Part shown: positions 25,486 through 34,702 of the stretch, in pieces
Numbering within the stretch: position 1 is the first letter of the stretch
Layout: every line of letters begins with the position of its first letter
IMG/VR virus record: IMGVR_UViG_3300048882_000503
Span: 1-38,520 of that record
Origin: a virus
Taxonomy: Duplodnaviria > Caudoviricetes
DNA: 38,520 nucleotides
Reading direction: 5' to 3' (one strand)
Notes under the pieces: model-generated
The model's input: only the letters and a program-made list of their open reading frames with translations
Databases searched by the model: none
What the model was told of the DNA's origin: nothing
Position numbers and translations under genes: made by a program

Positions 25486-27191
25486 TAGCCTTCACACGCA
25501 ACACATTCACCATCAGAACCAGTTACTCCAGCCTCACTTCTAATGTAATACAATGACTTAACTTTCTTGTCATTGAACGCCGTCTTGTGAACAGAACTAA
25601 TATAAGATTCTGGTGCATCTGCCGCAAAGAATAAGTTGATTGATTGTGCTTGACAAATATATGGTTGTCGAGTACTCGCCAAACGAATGATAGTATGTTG
25701 GTCAATTTCAAATGCAGTTTTGAATACATCCTTTTCGTGATCTGTCAAATAATCCACATGTTGAACTGAGCCGCCATTAGAAATAATGGAGTCAATGTTT
25801 TGAGGATTGAAAACCTTTTTCTCTTTCATGATGTCAACCAATACAGGATTAATACGGTTAATTTCCCCTGCAACCGAACCTTGAACATAAGCATTTTTAT
25901 ATACAGGTTCAATGCCTTGACTAACGCCACCACAAATTAAAGCAGAACTTAGATTTGGGGCAATGGCAATCAAATGACTATTCCTTAAACCGTAACCTTC
26001 CAACCATTCCGGTTCGCCATATTCTTCTGCCATCCATTTACTTGCTTTGGTTGCCTCTTCATTTAAGTTAATGTAAATGTCTTGGTTCAACCAATAAGCA
26101 TCCATACTTTCAAACGCTATTGATTTCTTTTGTAAATAAGTATGAAATCCTAATGTACCTAAACCCAATGCACGACTCTTTTCGGTGAACCTCACAGCCT
26201 TTTCAAGCCCCCTAATTTCCGTACCCATTTTAATGAATTCCGAGGCAACACAATCAAGGAAGACAGTTGCCACAAACACCGCATCAGTATCTTTCCATTT
26301 ATCATACATCGACAAATTCATACTAGACAAAACACAAGTGTATGTATGGTCTTCATCAGAATGAAGTGTAATCTCAGAACATAGGTTTGATGCTTTGACA
26401 CTTAATCCCTTATCGACATAACATGTTGGGTTCGCGGCGTTGGCTTTGTCGATAAAGAAGAAATAACCTTTTCCAGTCAACATTTTTACTTTCATTGCAC
26501 GTTGATATCTTGATATGGAATCTTCATCGCCGGCATTTAATGATTGAATAAATGCGTTTGAAACATTCCAACCAATATTACAATCGTCGGGATTAGATAC
26601 TATGAAATCTGCGACTTCCCAAAAATCTGCATGGTCAATTTCGAGATATCCTGCCCATGCCCCACGCCGAGTAGAACCTTGGGTGATATCTCGAGATACT
26701 TGAATAAAGTCTTTTAGTACAGGAAGAATACCAGAGGCACTACCACCACGAGATATTGAGGCACCTCTTTCACGAATACCACCAAGATAAGAACTTGTAC
26801 CAAACCCATTTTGAGATAAGACAGCAACTTCTTTTTGGCTATCATAAAATGCATAAACGTTATCCTCAATAACAGACCCAGAACACGATACAGGACAGCC
26901 TCGGTCAGTTCCCATATTTGCTATAACTGGTGTTGAACAAGCAAGATATCCTTTCCACATAATATCAAAGAATTTCTTTTCCCAAACTAATGGATCTTCT
27001 GTGTGTGCCGCGGCACACTTCGAGATACGAGTATATATTGATTTTAGGTCAACATCCTCCTCAGTTAAAATCTTCTCCTTGATAATCTGCCATGCGGATG
27101 TTGTACACCACTCAGGAACCAATCCTTCTTTCTGTAATCGTTTACGTTCGCGTCCAAGTTCGCGGTAAATACTTTCTTCATTCTTATCCAT
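25485..27191 (-). CDS. nrdA: Class I ribonucleotide reductase alpha subunit (compact, no ATP cone)
   Basis: STPV.ANMG..RG.PVSC, RRGA, SNLCSEI, APN.SS, SLYY, C-terminal CVACEG. Confidence 0.96.
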   Translation of the reverse strand: MDKNEESIYRELGRERKRLQKEGLVPEWCTTSAWQIIKEKILTEEDVDLKSIYTRISKCAAAHTEDPLVWEKKFFDIMWKGYLACSTPVIANMGTDRGCPVSCSGSVIEDNVYAFYDSQKEVAVLSQNGFGTSSYLGGIRERGASISRGGSASGILPVLKDFIQVSRDITQGSTRRGAWAGYLEIDHADFWEVADFIVSNPDDCNIGWNVSNAFIQSLNAGDEDSISRYQRAMKVKMLTGKGYFFFIDKANAANPTCYVDKGLSVKASNLCSEITLHSDEDHTYTCVLSSMNLSMYDKWKDTDAVFVATVFLDCVASEFIKMGTEIRGLEKAVRFTEKSRALGLGTLGFHTYLQKKSIAFESMDAYWLNQDIYINLNEEATKASKWMAEEYGEPEWLEGYGLRNSHLIAIAPNLSSALICGGVSQGIEPVYKNAYVQGSVAGEINRINPVLVDIMKEKKVFNPQNIDSIISNGGSVQHVDYLTDHEKDVFKTAFEIDQHTIIRLASTRQPYICQAQSINLFFAADAPESYISSVHKTAFNDKKVKSLYYIRSEAGVTGSDGECVACEG

Positions 27192-28201
27192 TATGTTAAT
27201 TCCTCAAGTGTGTTCCATGTAAATGCGGTTTCCTTCCAGTCGCGATTATAACCATTTCCTTGTTTTGAGAAAAAGTCGTGCAGTTGTGAAGAATTTATAT
27301 TTTTGTAAAACCATTTCTTGATAACAGTATTATGTGGTTCGTAAATGCCCTCATATCCTAATTGTTCAAGACATAGATTAATACGATGTTGCACAAACTG
27401 ATTAATTTGAAAATCTGTAATGCCTTTAATTGTCCCTTTCTCAAAAATCATATGAACAATCTCTTCTTCATGTTCATACGTTTTTCGGGCGACACGCTCA
27501 AGATCTCTCTTCAACCGTGTCCTTTCCTTTGAAGTCAATGACGACTCACTAAGTAATTCTGTGAATAGCCTCGCGCCAGCCAATGAATGTAAATTCTCAT
27601 CCCGAACACTAAAGTTGATTCCGGCGGTCAGATTGGTTAATTTGTTTTTGCCTTCGGCTTGAAAGTGTTTAAGGAACGCGAAGTTTGAATAAAGGATAGC
27701 ACCTTCAATCATAGAGAAAGCACCTAACGATAACAAGATATCATATTCTGTTTTTGTTGGTGTACTAACAACTTCGTGAATCCAATCAATACGTTGTTTT
27801 AGTTTTGGGTTCTCTTTGTAGCTGTTAAAGAACTCATCTGTCGCTATACCAAGAACTTCATTAATTTTGGCATAAAATGGAGCATGGACATTCAATTCAA
27901 TGAATGCAAAACAATTCGCCATTCGTTGAATATCCGGGCGCTGAAACACTCTCATCACTCGACCAGCCCAATAATCTGTACCTACAGCTAATTCATATTC
28001 AGTAAACAAACGCAACACGGTTATAACACCGTGTAATTCACTTTCAGTTAGATTTGTCTTTAAATCGTGAAGATCCTTTTCTAATTCTATTTCTGTTGCT
28101 GTCCAGAAAACATCACCCTGAGTTTCCGCCATCTCAATAGCCCACGGATAATCAACCGTGTATGTACTTTTCTTTTGTAATAATCTTGCGTTGCTTTTCA
28201 C
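27191..28201 (-). CDS. nrdB: Class I ribonucleotide reductase beta subunit
   Basis: FW...E, ELNVHAPFY, EGAILYSNF, RDENLH, DFF...Y; GGAG RBS gives a GTG start at 28201. Confidence 0.95.
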   Translation of the reverse strand: MKSNARLLQKKSTYTVDYPWAIEMAETQGDVFWTATEIELEKDLHDLKTNLTESELHGVITVLRLFTEYELAVGTDYWAGRVMRVFQRPDIQRMANCFAFIELNVHAPFYAKINEVLGIATDEFFNSYKENPKLKQRIDWIHEVVSTPTKTEYDILLSLGAFSMIEGAILYSNFAFLKHFQAEGKNKLTNLTAGINFSVRDENLHSLAGARLFTELLSESSLTSKERTRLKRDLERVARKTYEHEEEIVHMIFEKGTIKGITDFQINQFVQHRINLCLEQLGYEGIYEPHNTVIKKWFYKNINSSQLHDFFSKQGNGYNRDWKETAFTWNTLEELT

Positions 28202-28264
28202 TATATAACACTCCAAAATATTTCGAAACTTACCACAAATGCAAATTTCATTAATTCAACATAA

Positions 28265-29245
28265 CTAAACATACTTTCGCCATTTTGCTAATTCTAATTT
28301 AGCCATCAATCCTCTAAAAACCCTAGTTTTTAATATGTGTTCAACCGAGACACCATTCATAACCATCTCATTAATGTCTTTATACTTATTACCCTTATTC
28401 CATATAAGAACGTTAAGTCCATCAGCAATCGCCTTTTCCATCTTCATGATAATTGGCTTCGCTCTATTTTCATTATCCCACACAAACACCATATCACGGA
28501 ATAAATTTCTCACTCCCAATAAATCTGAACCACAAACTGATATACCATTCTTAATAAACATAGAATCAATTGGTCCTTCCACAACATAAACACGTTTCGT
28601 TCTGTCTATTCTATCTAACCCATAAAGTCGTTGTCTGCCTTCATCCAGTAGTATAGTTATATATTTTAGTTTAGCATCTTTTTCAAATGACCGACCTTGG
28701 AATCCAAACAATGATCCCTTATTATCTATCATTGGTATAATTAACCGTTCTTCCTTAAACGGTTTCTTGTATTTGTTGGGTAAAACACTATTAACCAGAG
28801 CCTGAAAATCATCCGAAAAATACAACTTTATGTTGGTGGGTATCAGTCTATTTCTTACATACACATTAGCGTGATGATCAGGATCTAATTTATTTAGTGG
28901 TGTCATGCCAAAAGGCATGACTTGTCTTTGTTTAAAAACTGGTTTATTTGATACTATTTTTACTTCAGTATTCTTTCGTGACCCAAACCTAGCAAATGCA
29001 TATTCTTTAAATAACGTGGAATCCTGTCGTTTTAAAAATGTGTTGAATCCCATACTTGCTCCACAACGATGACACTTATACATAAATGTATCTTTGTGTT
29101 TGAATATATATCCCCGTGCCTTATGTGGATTAGAAGATGAGTCACCACAAATTGGACAAGAGAACTGCCAAATATAAGTGTCGACCTTCTTATAATTTCT
29201 ATAGCGGGAACATAATAATGGTATGTATGTTAAATCGTGTATCAA
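28265..29245 (-). CDS. gp61: DNA primase gp61
   Basis: CPICGDS..K.RG, CHRCG, FQGRS, KYITI, VEGPIDSMF, DNE.R, KDINEM; probable TTG start after AAGGA. Confidence 0.95.
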   Translation of the reverse strand: MIHDLTYIPLLCSRYRNYKKVDTYIWQFSCPICGDSSSNPHKARGYIFKHKDTFMYKCHRCGASMGFNTFLKRQDSTLFKEYAFARFGSRKNTEVKIVSNKPVFKQRQVMPFGMTPLNKLDPDHHANVYVRNRLIPTNIKLYFSDDFQALVNSVLPNKYKKPFKEERLIIPMIDNKGSLFGFQGRSFEKDAKLKYITILLDEGRQRLYGLDRIDRTKRVYVVEGPIDSMFIKNGISVCGSDLLGVRNLFRDMVFVWDNENRAKPIIMKMEKAIADGLNVLIWNKGNKYKDINEMVMNGVSVEHILKTRVFRGLMAKLELAKWRKYV

Positions 29246-29303
29246 TATATTTCCTTTTCTGTTATAATAGTATAACATAAATATCATAAATTGTAAAGAA
29301 TAA

Positions 29304-29311
29304 TATAAATA
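29304..29311 (+). promoter_or_regulatory. T4-type late promoter
   Basis: TATAAATA at the head of the plus-strand cluster, divergent from primase. Confidence 0.65.
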
Positions 29312-29314
29312 TAA

Positions 29315-29683
29315 ATGTTAGAACTTAATAAAGATAACTATCTCGATTATGCAAAAGACTCTTATATGGGTCTTCGAATTAAAAATTCGGATAACTTTTC
29401 AACGTTATTAAAATATTTCCCTCGCATAAGGAAATTGTTGGCTGATGACACAAGAACACCAACTAAAAATAGAATGTTACTTAATAACATAGTTATTTTA
29501 TATAATAGTTTTGGAATGAAACCAACCACCAGACTATTATTTTATTTTATGCCAGATGAATATCAACCTGACTTGAAAACATTATTGATATATTTGGGAT
29601 GTCTTCCGGCTTCCATAGCCGAGGCAGATTTAGATAATATTTTAATTAATAACATATTATACAACAAACTCGAGGATTTGTAA
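29315..29683 (+). CDS. Conserved T4-like late hypothetical protein
   Basis: L..DN...YA, R.LLN.IVILYNSFG, LLF, LKT.L.YL pattern. Confidence 0.8.
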   Translation: MLELNKDNYLDYAKDSYMGLRIKNSDNFSTLLKYFPRIRKLLADDTRTPTKNRMLLNNIVILYNSFGMKPTTRLLFYFMPDEYQPDLKTLLIYLGCLPASIAEADLDNILINNILYNKLEDL

Positions 29684-30211
29684 ATGGGTAGTTTAACAGG
29701 CACATACATTGCCTACAAATTTGTGCGGTTGATGTCGCAGCCATTTGATGAATGGGATGCGTTCAAGAATGGCACTATTGACAGTAAGGGCAAATTACTA
29801 AAGAAAGCTCATACTCCAAAAGAGAAAGATGATTGGACTAAGTTTCATATCATTGTTCGTAATGTGAAACGTGTTCTTGCCAAAATTCCTGGCGGGGGTG
29901 GGAAGTTTGCCACGTTTGCCGCCGCGTTGTGGTTAATAAAAGAAGAATACAGTGATGGTTCATCTAAATTTGATTCTATTATTATGGAACACTTCGGCTT
30001 AACTTCATATCAAATTATATTGGAAGAAGATAATAGACGTGATGTAATTGAACGCGGATTGTATGAAGGTGTCTATGATAATGTTATATATAACGTGAAG
30101 GAAGATACTGAAATTCACGCAAGGTTTTTAGGCAAAAACATCTATTTACTGGAAAATCATAATAAAGAGATTGTTGCTGTAACTAAAGATATAATAAAAT
30201 TATATAAATAA
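29684..30211 (+). CDS. Conserved T4-like late hypothetical protein
   Basis: YKF.RL...PF.EWDAF..G.ID..G, FH..V.N.KR, AAALWLIKE pattern. Confidence 0.8.
   Translation: MGSLTGTYIAYKFVRLMSQPFDEWDAFKNGTIDSKGKLLKKAHTPKEKDDWTKFHIIVRNVKRVLAKIPGGGGKFATFAAALWLIKEEYSDGSSKFDSIIMEHFGLTSYQIILEEDNRRDVIERGLYEGVYDNVIYNVKEDTEIHARFLGKNIYLLENHNKEIVAVTKDIIKLYK
30203..30210 (+). promoter_or_regulatory. T4-type late promoter
   Basis: TATAAATA overlapping the upstream stop codon. Confidence 0.7.
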
Positions 30212-30233
30212 TATAATAACATGTTAGAAGAGG

Positions 30234-30515
30234 ATGGTAATGGAAAGTGTAGACGTTGGGACATTGGGTGGAGTGGATAATACTTGGATACAACCAAACG
30301 GCACATTTCGAGGTGTTGATTATTTTGATTGTGATTCAGATACATTTTCTAAATGTGTTCAAGGAAAGAAAAAGGGCGGACATTGGAACTCGTTGATGGG
30401 TAAAAATGAATTTACCTCCAGTATCAAGAAGTGGATTTCTGGTAACAGAGGCAAGAATTTTATGTTTAGGAATACGTCAGATTATACATTCATTTATGCA
30501 CATAAGGTGATCTAG
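30234..30515 (+). CDS. Hypothetical late protein
   Basis: GAGG RBS; 93-aa ORF. Confidence 0.7.
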   Translation: MVMESVDVGTLGGVDNTWIQPNGTFRGVDYFDCDSDTFSKCVQGKKKGGHWNSLMGKNEFTSSIKKWISGNRGKNFMFRNTSDYTFIYAHKVI

Positions 30516-30953
30516 TTGTCAAATAAAGGGAATTTTGATAAGGGATACAAAGCTGGCATACAGGAAAAATCTCACTCACACGGTACAGAAGATATGACGA
30601 ATAAAGAATTATTCGACTTAATAAAGCACGAAAAGGAAGTTCAACAAAGAGCTAATAGTGCAGAACATGTAAATATAGAAAAACGAATAATGGCCTTGCT
30701 AGTTGCTCAGTCCGCTCGGGATTTACATAGAACAGAAGAGTTGATTCGGGAACATTATAGTGGTCATAAAGAAGATTTCAAAAAGTTATTACCGGCAGAA
30801 CATGTCATCGACCACGAAGCAGTAAAATTTCTTAGAGAGTCGTCTTCGAAGTTCATGGGTGGGGTATTTGGAGCATTAGGTAAAATCGTTCTTATATTAA
30901 TATTAATTGGATTGGGTCTACAAGTCATTTCAGTGGGAGACATAATAAAATGA
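30516..30953 (+). CDS. Membrane-anchored late protein (holin-like candidate)
   Basis: Soluble helical N-terminus with one C-terminal hydrophobic segment; start uncertain (TTG 30516 or ATG 30594). Confidence 0.55.
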   Translation: MSNKGNFDKGYKAGIQEKSHSHGTEDMTNKELFDLIKHEKEVQQRANSAEHVNIEKRIMALLVAQSARDLHRTEELIREHYSGHKEDFKKLLPAEHVIDHEAVKFLRESSSKFMGGVFGALGKIVLILILIGLGLQVISVGDIIK

Positions 30954-31270
30954 TTTTATTGAGTATGTTGGAAGCGGCTATGTGGTTAATTATCTTTTTT
31001 CTTATACTCTCTCGATCAAAAAAAGTCTTTTTAGATACTGCTATTGGGAGTATTGTTCACGAACTTAGGAAGCGACGGGACGTATTTTGGGGAATAATGG
31101 CAATAGGCGCTTTCGGTATGGTTGCACTAAGAATAATTAACACATATATTATGATGTTTCCACCAGCACCAGCATGGGCGGACCTTATAGGTTTAATCGA
31201 ACACCTAACACTGTTATTGGGTGGAGGTGCCTTTATGTGTTTACTTCATTCTTATCAGATTAAGAATTAA
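30950..31270 (+). CDS. Three-TM membrane protein (holin-like candidate)
   Basis: Three hydrophobic segments with basic loops; ATGA-coupled to the upstream gene. Confidence 0.55.
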   Translation: MILLSMLEAAMWLIIFFLILSRSKKVFLDTAIGSIVHELRKRRDVFWGIMAIGAFGMVALRIINTYIMMFPPAPAWADLIGLIEHLTLLLGGGAFMCLLHSYQIKN

Positions 31271-31280
31271 TTAAGAGTTG

Positions 31281-31301
31281 TTAGAAGAAATGTTCTTCTA
31301 A
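31281..31301. terminator. Hairpin between convergent late operons
   Basis: TTAGAAGAA-atg-TTCTTCTAA inverted repeat; AT-rich, so weak. Confidence 0.5.
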
Positions 31302-31306
31302 TTTCA

Positions 31307-31744
31307 TCATTTCATTATTCCGTATGTGATAACACCATCTTCTTTTGCCAAGAATGCAGTGATACCCATCGATTTAAAATATGCAATAACCTTTTCGCTA
31401 CCTATTTTATGAAGAAACTTAGGTAGATCCATACGTTTAGTCCCACCACCAAAATGATACACGGCATCATCATATAATTTCTGTGCTTTATTACCTTTAG
31501 GTGTAACGACATCAAGAATGTCTTTGACGGTGCCAGACTTATTAATTTCTCCTAGATTAGCAACTTTATGTTGTCTAGGATTAAACTTTACTGGAGAAAC
31601 TTCATCCCCGTAAGTAGCGGCAAGTTTCTCGTTAGGCGTAATCCAAGTTATTCCCTTTCTATTAGACTTGTTTGGATTGGCGCCCTTTGCGTGTCCACGA
31701 AAGAAGGTCTGTGCTTCAGTTATGTGATGTTTGAATGATTTCAT
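31307..31744 (-). CDS. ADP-ribosyltransferase-like protein with capsid-targeting-like leader
   Basis: MKSFKHHITE, then FFRG...G.TWITP....A.TYG (ART strand 1/2 pattern) and late E-D-G..Y; ATGA-coupled start. Confidence 0.6.
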   Translation of the reverse strand: MKSFKHHITEAQTFFRGHAKGANPNKSNRKGITWITPNEKLAATYGDEVSPVKFNPRQHKVANLGEINKSGTVKDILDVVTPKGNKAQKLYDDAVYHFGGGTKRMDLPKFLHKIGSEKVIAYFKSMGITAFLAKEDGVITYGIMK

Positions 31745-32304
31745 TTGATAATTTTTCTTAATGATTCCCATTCACTATGCAACTTTTTGGGCATGTTCTT
31801 CTTAAACGTTTCTATATCATCATCTCTTATAGCATCTCTTACCGTCGTTGCACTTGTGACACGAGGCGTTTTTTTGAACTTAACATTCATTTGTTGGTCA
31901 TCGCCAAGTTTCTTATTGTACACATCAATCATCTTCTTGTAACCAGCAATTCTATCAGAACCTGCATATACAGTGACAACTTCCTTACCATCTTTTCTTA
32001 TCGCATTGATGATATCGGGAATGAATCCTGTCGGTACTTCAAGTACATCAAGGCTTGAAAACAACTTCTTCAAATACTTAATCTGGTCTTTTGCGCTCAA
32101 TGGATTGCGACTTTTATCTTCGGATGAGGCTTTACCTTTCACCAGCGCGACAATAGGGTTCTTCATCTTTTTGATGATAGCCTCATGCCCTAAATGAACT
32201 GGTTGCATTCTACCTAAAAATAACTCGACTGTCTTATCTTGAGTAGGTAGATAAGATGAAGGGTCAAATGCCGCTTCGTTTAAATGTTCTTTAAATGTTT
32301 TCAA
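31741..32304 (-). CDS. HIGH-superfamily (NadM/cytidylyltransferase-like) nucleotidyltransferase with capsid-targeting-like leader
   Basis: MKTFKEHLNE; GRMQPVHLGH, NPLS, AGSDR, SATTVR motifs. Confidence 0.88.
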   Translation of the reverse strand: MKTFKEHLNEAAFDPSSYLPTQDKTVELFLGRMQPVHLGHEAIIKKMKNPIVALVKGKASSEDKSRNPLSAKDQIKYLKKLFSSLDVLEVPTGFIPDIINAIRKDGKEVVTVYAGSDRIAGYKKMIDVYNKKLGDDQQMNVKFKKTPRVTSATTVRDAIRDDDIETFKKNMPKKLHSEWESLRKIIK

Positions 32305-33572
32305 TCTATGTCTACCAATATTGTTCTTAGGTTCGGTGCTTGAGCTATTTTATTATAAGGAGGTGGCTTGCTTGTCCTTGTACTCATAGTCAAGGTTAGT
32401 TTTTCTGTTTTTGAGTGTAAATGTATATACCAAAATGCTTTGTTAGAATCATGATTAGTTGAAGATATTTTAATAACCGATGGTAAAAATGAAGATAAAT
32501 CATCATTTTTAGTTATTATGTTGTATGTCCGACCAATTGCCTTAACAAGAACCAATGGAACATCGGTTGAATTTAAAATATGGTGTTTTATCCATTTCTT
32601 AATTAGTTCAGTATTTTTATTTTTATTAATATCTTTAATAATATACATCTTAACAAATTCTTGAGTTTTTATCCAAGTACTATGATAAAGTTCTGGTTCA
32701 TCTTTAGCTAGGGTACGTAACATCACAACAGAATCTTTTAACTTGGCTCTACTATCGTTCCAACGTTTATCCAATCCAATTTTTTTCAACACCCTATTAA
32801 ATAATTGTTTGTCTAGCTTTTCTATATCAATGTTTAGGTGTTTTGTTAGTACCGATACCGTTGTATTAAATTTGGGTTCTTTTGAGTTGAGGGCACCGGC
32901 TTTCAATGAAACTCCGATTAAATCTCCATTTTTATATTTAATAAAAATGTCACCCTTATGTTTATTATGCACACCTACTGGCTTGGCTCTATATCCCCAA
33001 TAGACTTCTTTAATTGGTGACCGTTTATGTTCATCGTATAGGTAGTTTAGTATAGCAATAGCATTTTCCATCTTTTCTTCAAAGTGTTTAGACTGTCTGA
33101 AATTGTAAATGAACTCAGTTCCTGATTTTTGGTCACCATTGCTTATATAAGCGGCATTAGTTTTTACTGTACTTAGGAATTCCATAAACGTATTAATATC
33201 AACAAATTTCTTACCTTTGTTGAATGCTAGGGCTGGTGCTAATTCAGTAATAGTACTATTTAATGTTGAATCTCCTCGACCACCTTTACCGATAGGAGGT
33301 TTATACAAAAATTTATAATTAATACCATCGAGTTTTACTATAGTTGAACCTACAGAACCCCCAACCAATGAAGACTCAACCTCAAAGTTAGGAGACAGTA
33401 TATTTTCTAATTTACGTTTTGTATCTTCTCTATCTTCAGACGTAATAATTTTAAACGTTTTTGATTTACTCGACGACTTAAATAATGATATGTTGTAGTC
33501 CTTAAAATACTTTTTCAGTTGTGGAGGTAGTTCATTTGCACCTTCCACCAGAAACGTCTTAAATGATTTCAT
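32301..33572 (-). CDS. Putative PD-(D/E)xK nuclease with capsid-targeting-like leader
   Basis: MKSFKTFLVE; helix ITE, then KGDIFI......IGVSLK (D...SxK variant); very basic. Confidence 0.6.
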   Translation of the reverse strand: MKSFKTFLVEGANELPPQLKKYFKDYNISLFKSSSKSKTFKIITSEDREDTKRKLENILSPNFEVESSLVGGSVGSTIVKLDGINYKFLYKPPIGKGGRGDSTLNSTITELAPALAFNKGKKFVDINTFMEFLSTVKTNAAYISNGDQKSGTEFIYNFRQSKHFEEKMENAIAILNYLYDEHKRSPIKEVYWGYRAKPVGVHNKHKGDIFIKYKNGDLIGVSLKAGALNSKEPKFNTTVSVLTKHLNIDIEKLDKQLFNRVLKKIGLDKRWNDSRAKLKDSVVMLRTLAKDEPELYHSTWIKTQEFVKMYIIKDINKNKNTELIKKWIKHHILNSTDVPLVLVKAIGRTYNIITKNDDLSSFLPSVIKISSTNHDSNKAFWYIHLHSKTEKLTLTMSTRTSKPPPYNKIAQAPNLRTILVDID

Positions 33573-34702
33573 AATATTTCAACATCCTTTAATTTAGCCA
33601 CAATACCATTGATGATATTCTTTCTGTCGATTGTTAATCCACTTGGTTTATGAATACGTTTCTTCTCCTTCCGGATGCCATATAGCATGACACGAAACAC
33701 GTCCTCTGCCCACCAATATTTTGACACTAATGTATTGATGCCGGTGGGAACTAATTTAGAACTGATATTTGAGTACCGATTAGCCTCGACATCATCACGA
33801 TATGAATCAATGTCTTTCATCTTCTTTGCCACACGGTTGATAATAGAGCCTGTTACAGCCGACACGAAGCGTATGTAACGTTGTTCGCCAGATGCAGCCA
33901 TTATCTTCTTCATCGAAGATTTGTTGCTTAGAATCGTTCCTACACTCTTTTCAAGTTCGTTATAAACAAGGGTACTGACAGTGAAAAAGAATTCATCTGT
34001 ACTGTCTTTCTTTGCTTTAATTGCTTGAGTGAATGCCGGGTCAACAACCTTTGCCATTGTGCCATCACCAAAGTAAAACACTAATCCTTCCATCGCATCG
34101 CCAAGTAAATACTTAACTGCCTTCGGTGGCACGAATAAACTCAATACAAACTTAGCAAAATCTTGAGGTGTTTTTGCCTCGGGATTTTTTAGAAAGGCAA
34201 ACAACTTTTCTTTCTGCTTTCCACTCATCTTTCCCTCAAACATAACGGGTGGAGGACTCACTTGAAGGGCAACAGCCATCTTCTCACACAATGTATCATT
34301 TGGGGCAAGGGTCTTTCCACCTTTCTTACAATATGAAATAATTAGCCCATTCTTAGGCTTTGACGCATATTTAACGATAGTTGGAATGTTTGAGTTAAAC
34401 ATTTCCATATAGACTTCGACACCAGATGGAATCTTCTTCCAATCTTGTGATTCTATATGAGCGATAAACTCTTCCCAAATATTTGAACCTGCACGTTTAG
34501 TTAAATCAAGTTCATGCTTGCCTTCACGACCATAAAATCGTAATGTTCCACCATCATTCTTAACCATGAACGCCGAGGTATCGATTTTATAATTAACCGC
34601 CAGTTTTTGGTTCAACAACTTGTCTACAAATACATCGCCTTTCTTCGTTAATAAATCCGAAAGGTGAACTAATTCATTAAGGTGTTGTTTAAACGATTTC
34701 AT
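33569..34702 (-). CDS. RNA-ligase-fold (covalent nucleotidyltransferase) protein with capsid-targeting-like leader
   Basis: MKSFKQHLNE; motif I-like YKIDTS, motif III-like VYME, motif IV EGLV, motif V AKVV. Confidence 0.7.
   Translation of the reverse strand: MKSFKQHLNELVHLSDLLTKKGDVFVDKLLNQKLAVNYKIDTSAFMVKNDGGTLRFYGREGKHELDLTKRAGSNIWEEFIAHIESQDWKKIPSGVEVYMEMFNSNIPTIVKYASKPKNGLIISYCKKGGKTLAPNDTLCEKMAVALQVSPPPVMFEGKMSGKQKEKLFAFLKNPEAKTPQDFAKFVLSLFVPPKAVKYLLGDAMEGLVFYFGDGTMAKVVDPAFTQAIKAKKDSTDEFFFTVSTLVYNELEKSVGTILSNKSSMKKIMAASGEQRYIRFVSAVTGSIINRVAKKMKDIDSYRDDVEANRYSNISSKLVPTGINTLVSKYWWAEDVFRVMLYGIRKEKKRIHKPSGLTIDRKNIINGIVAKLKDVEIL

Noticed and set aside
25485-28201. Introns or inteins in nrdA/nrdB (also gp41, uvsX, topoisomerase)
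   Set aside because: All ORFs are uninterrupted and of normal or compact length.
29304-29317. Third leaderless late gene
   Set aside because: Only 3 nt between TATAAATA and ATG, which does not fit the 5-nt geometry; an upstream CATAAATA could be the real promoter.
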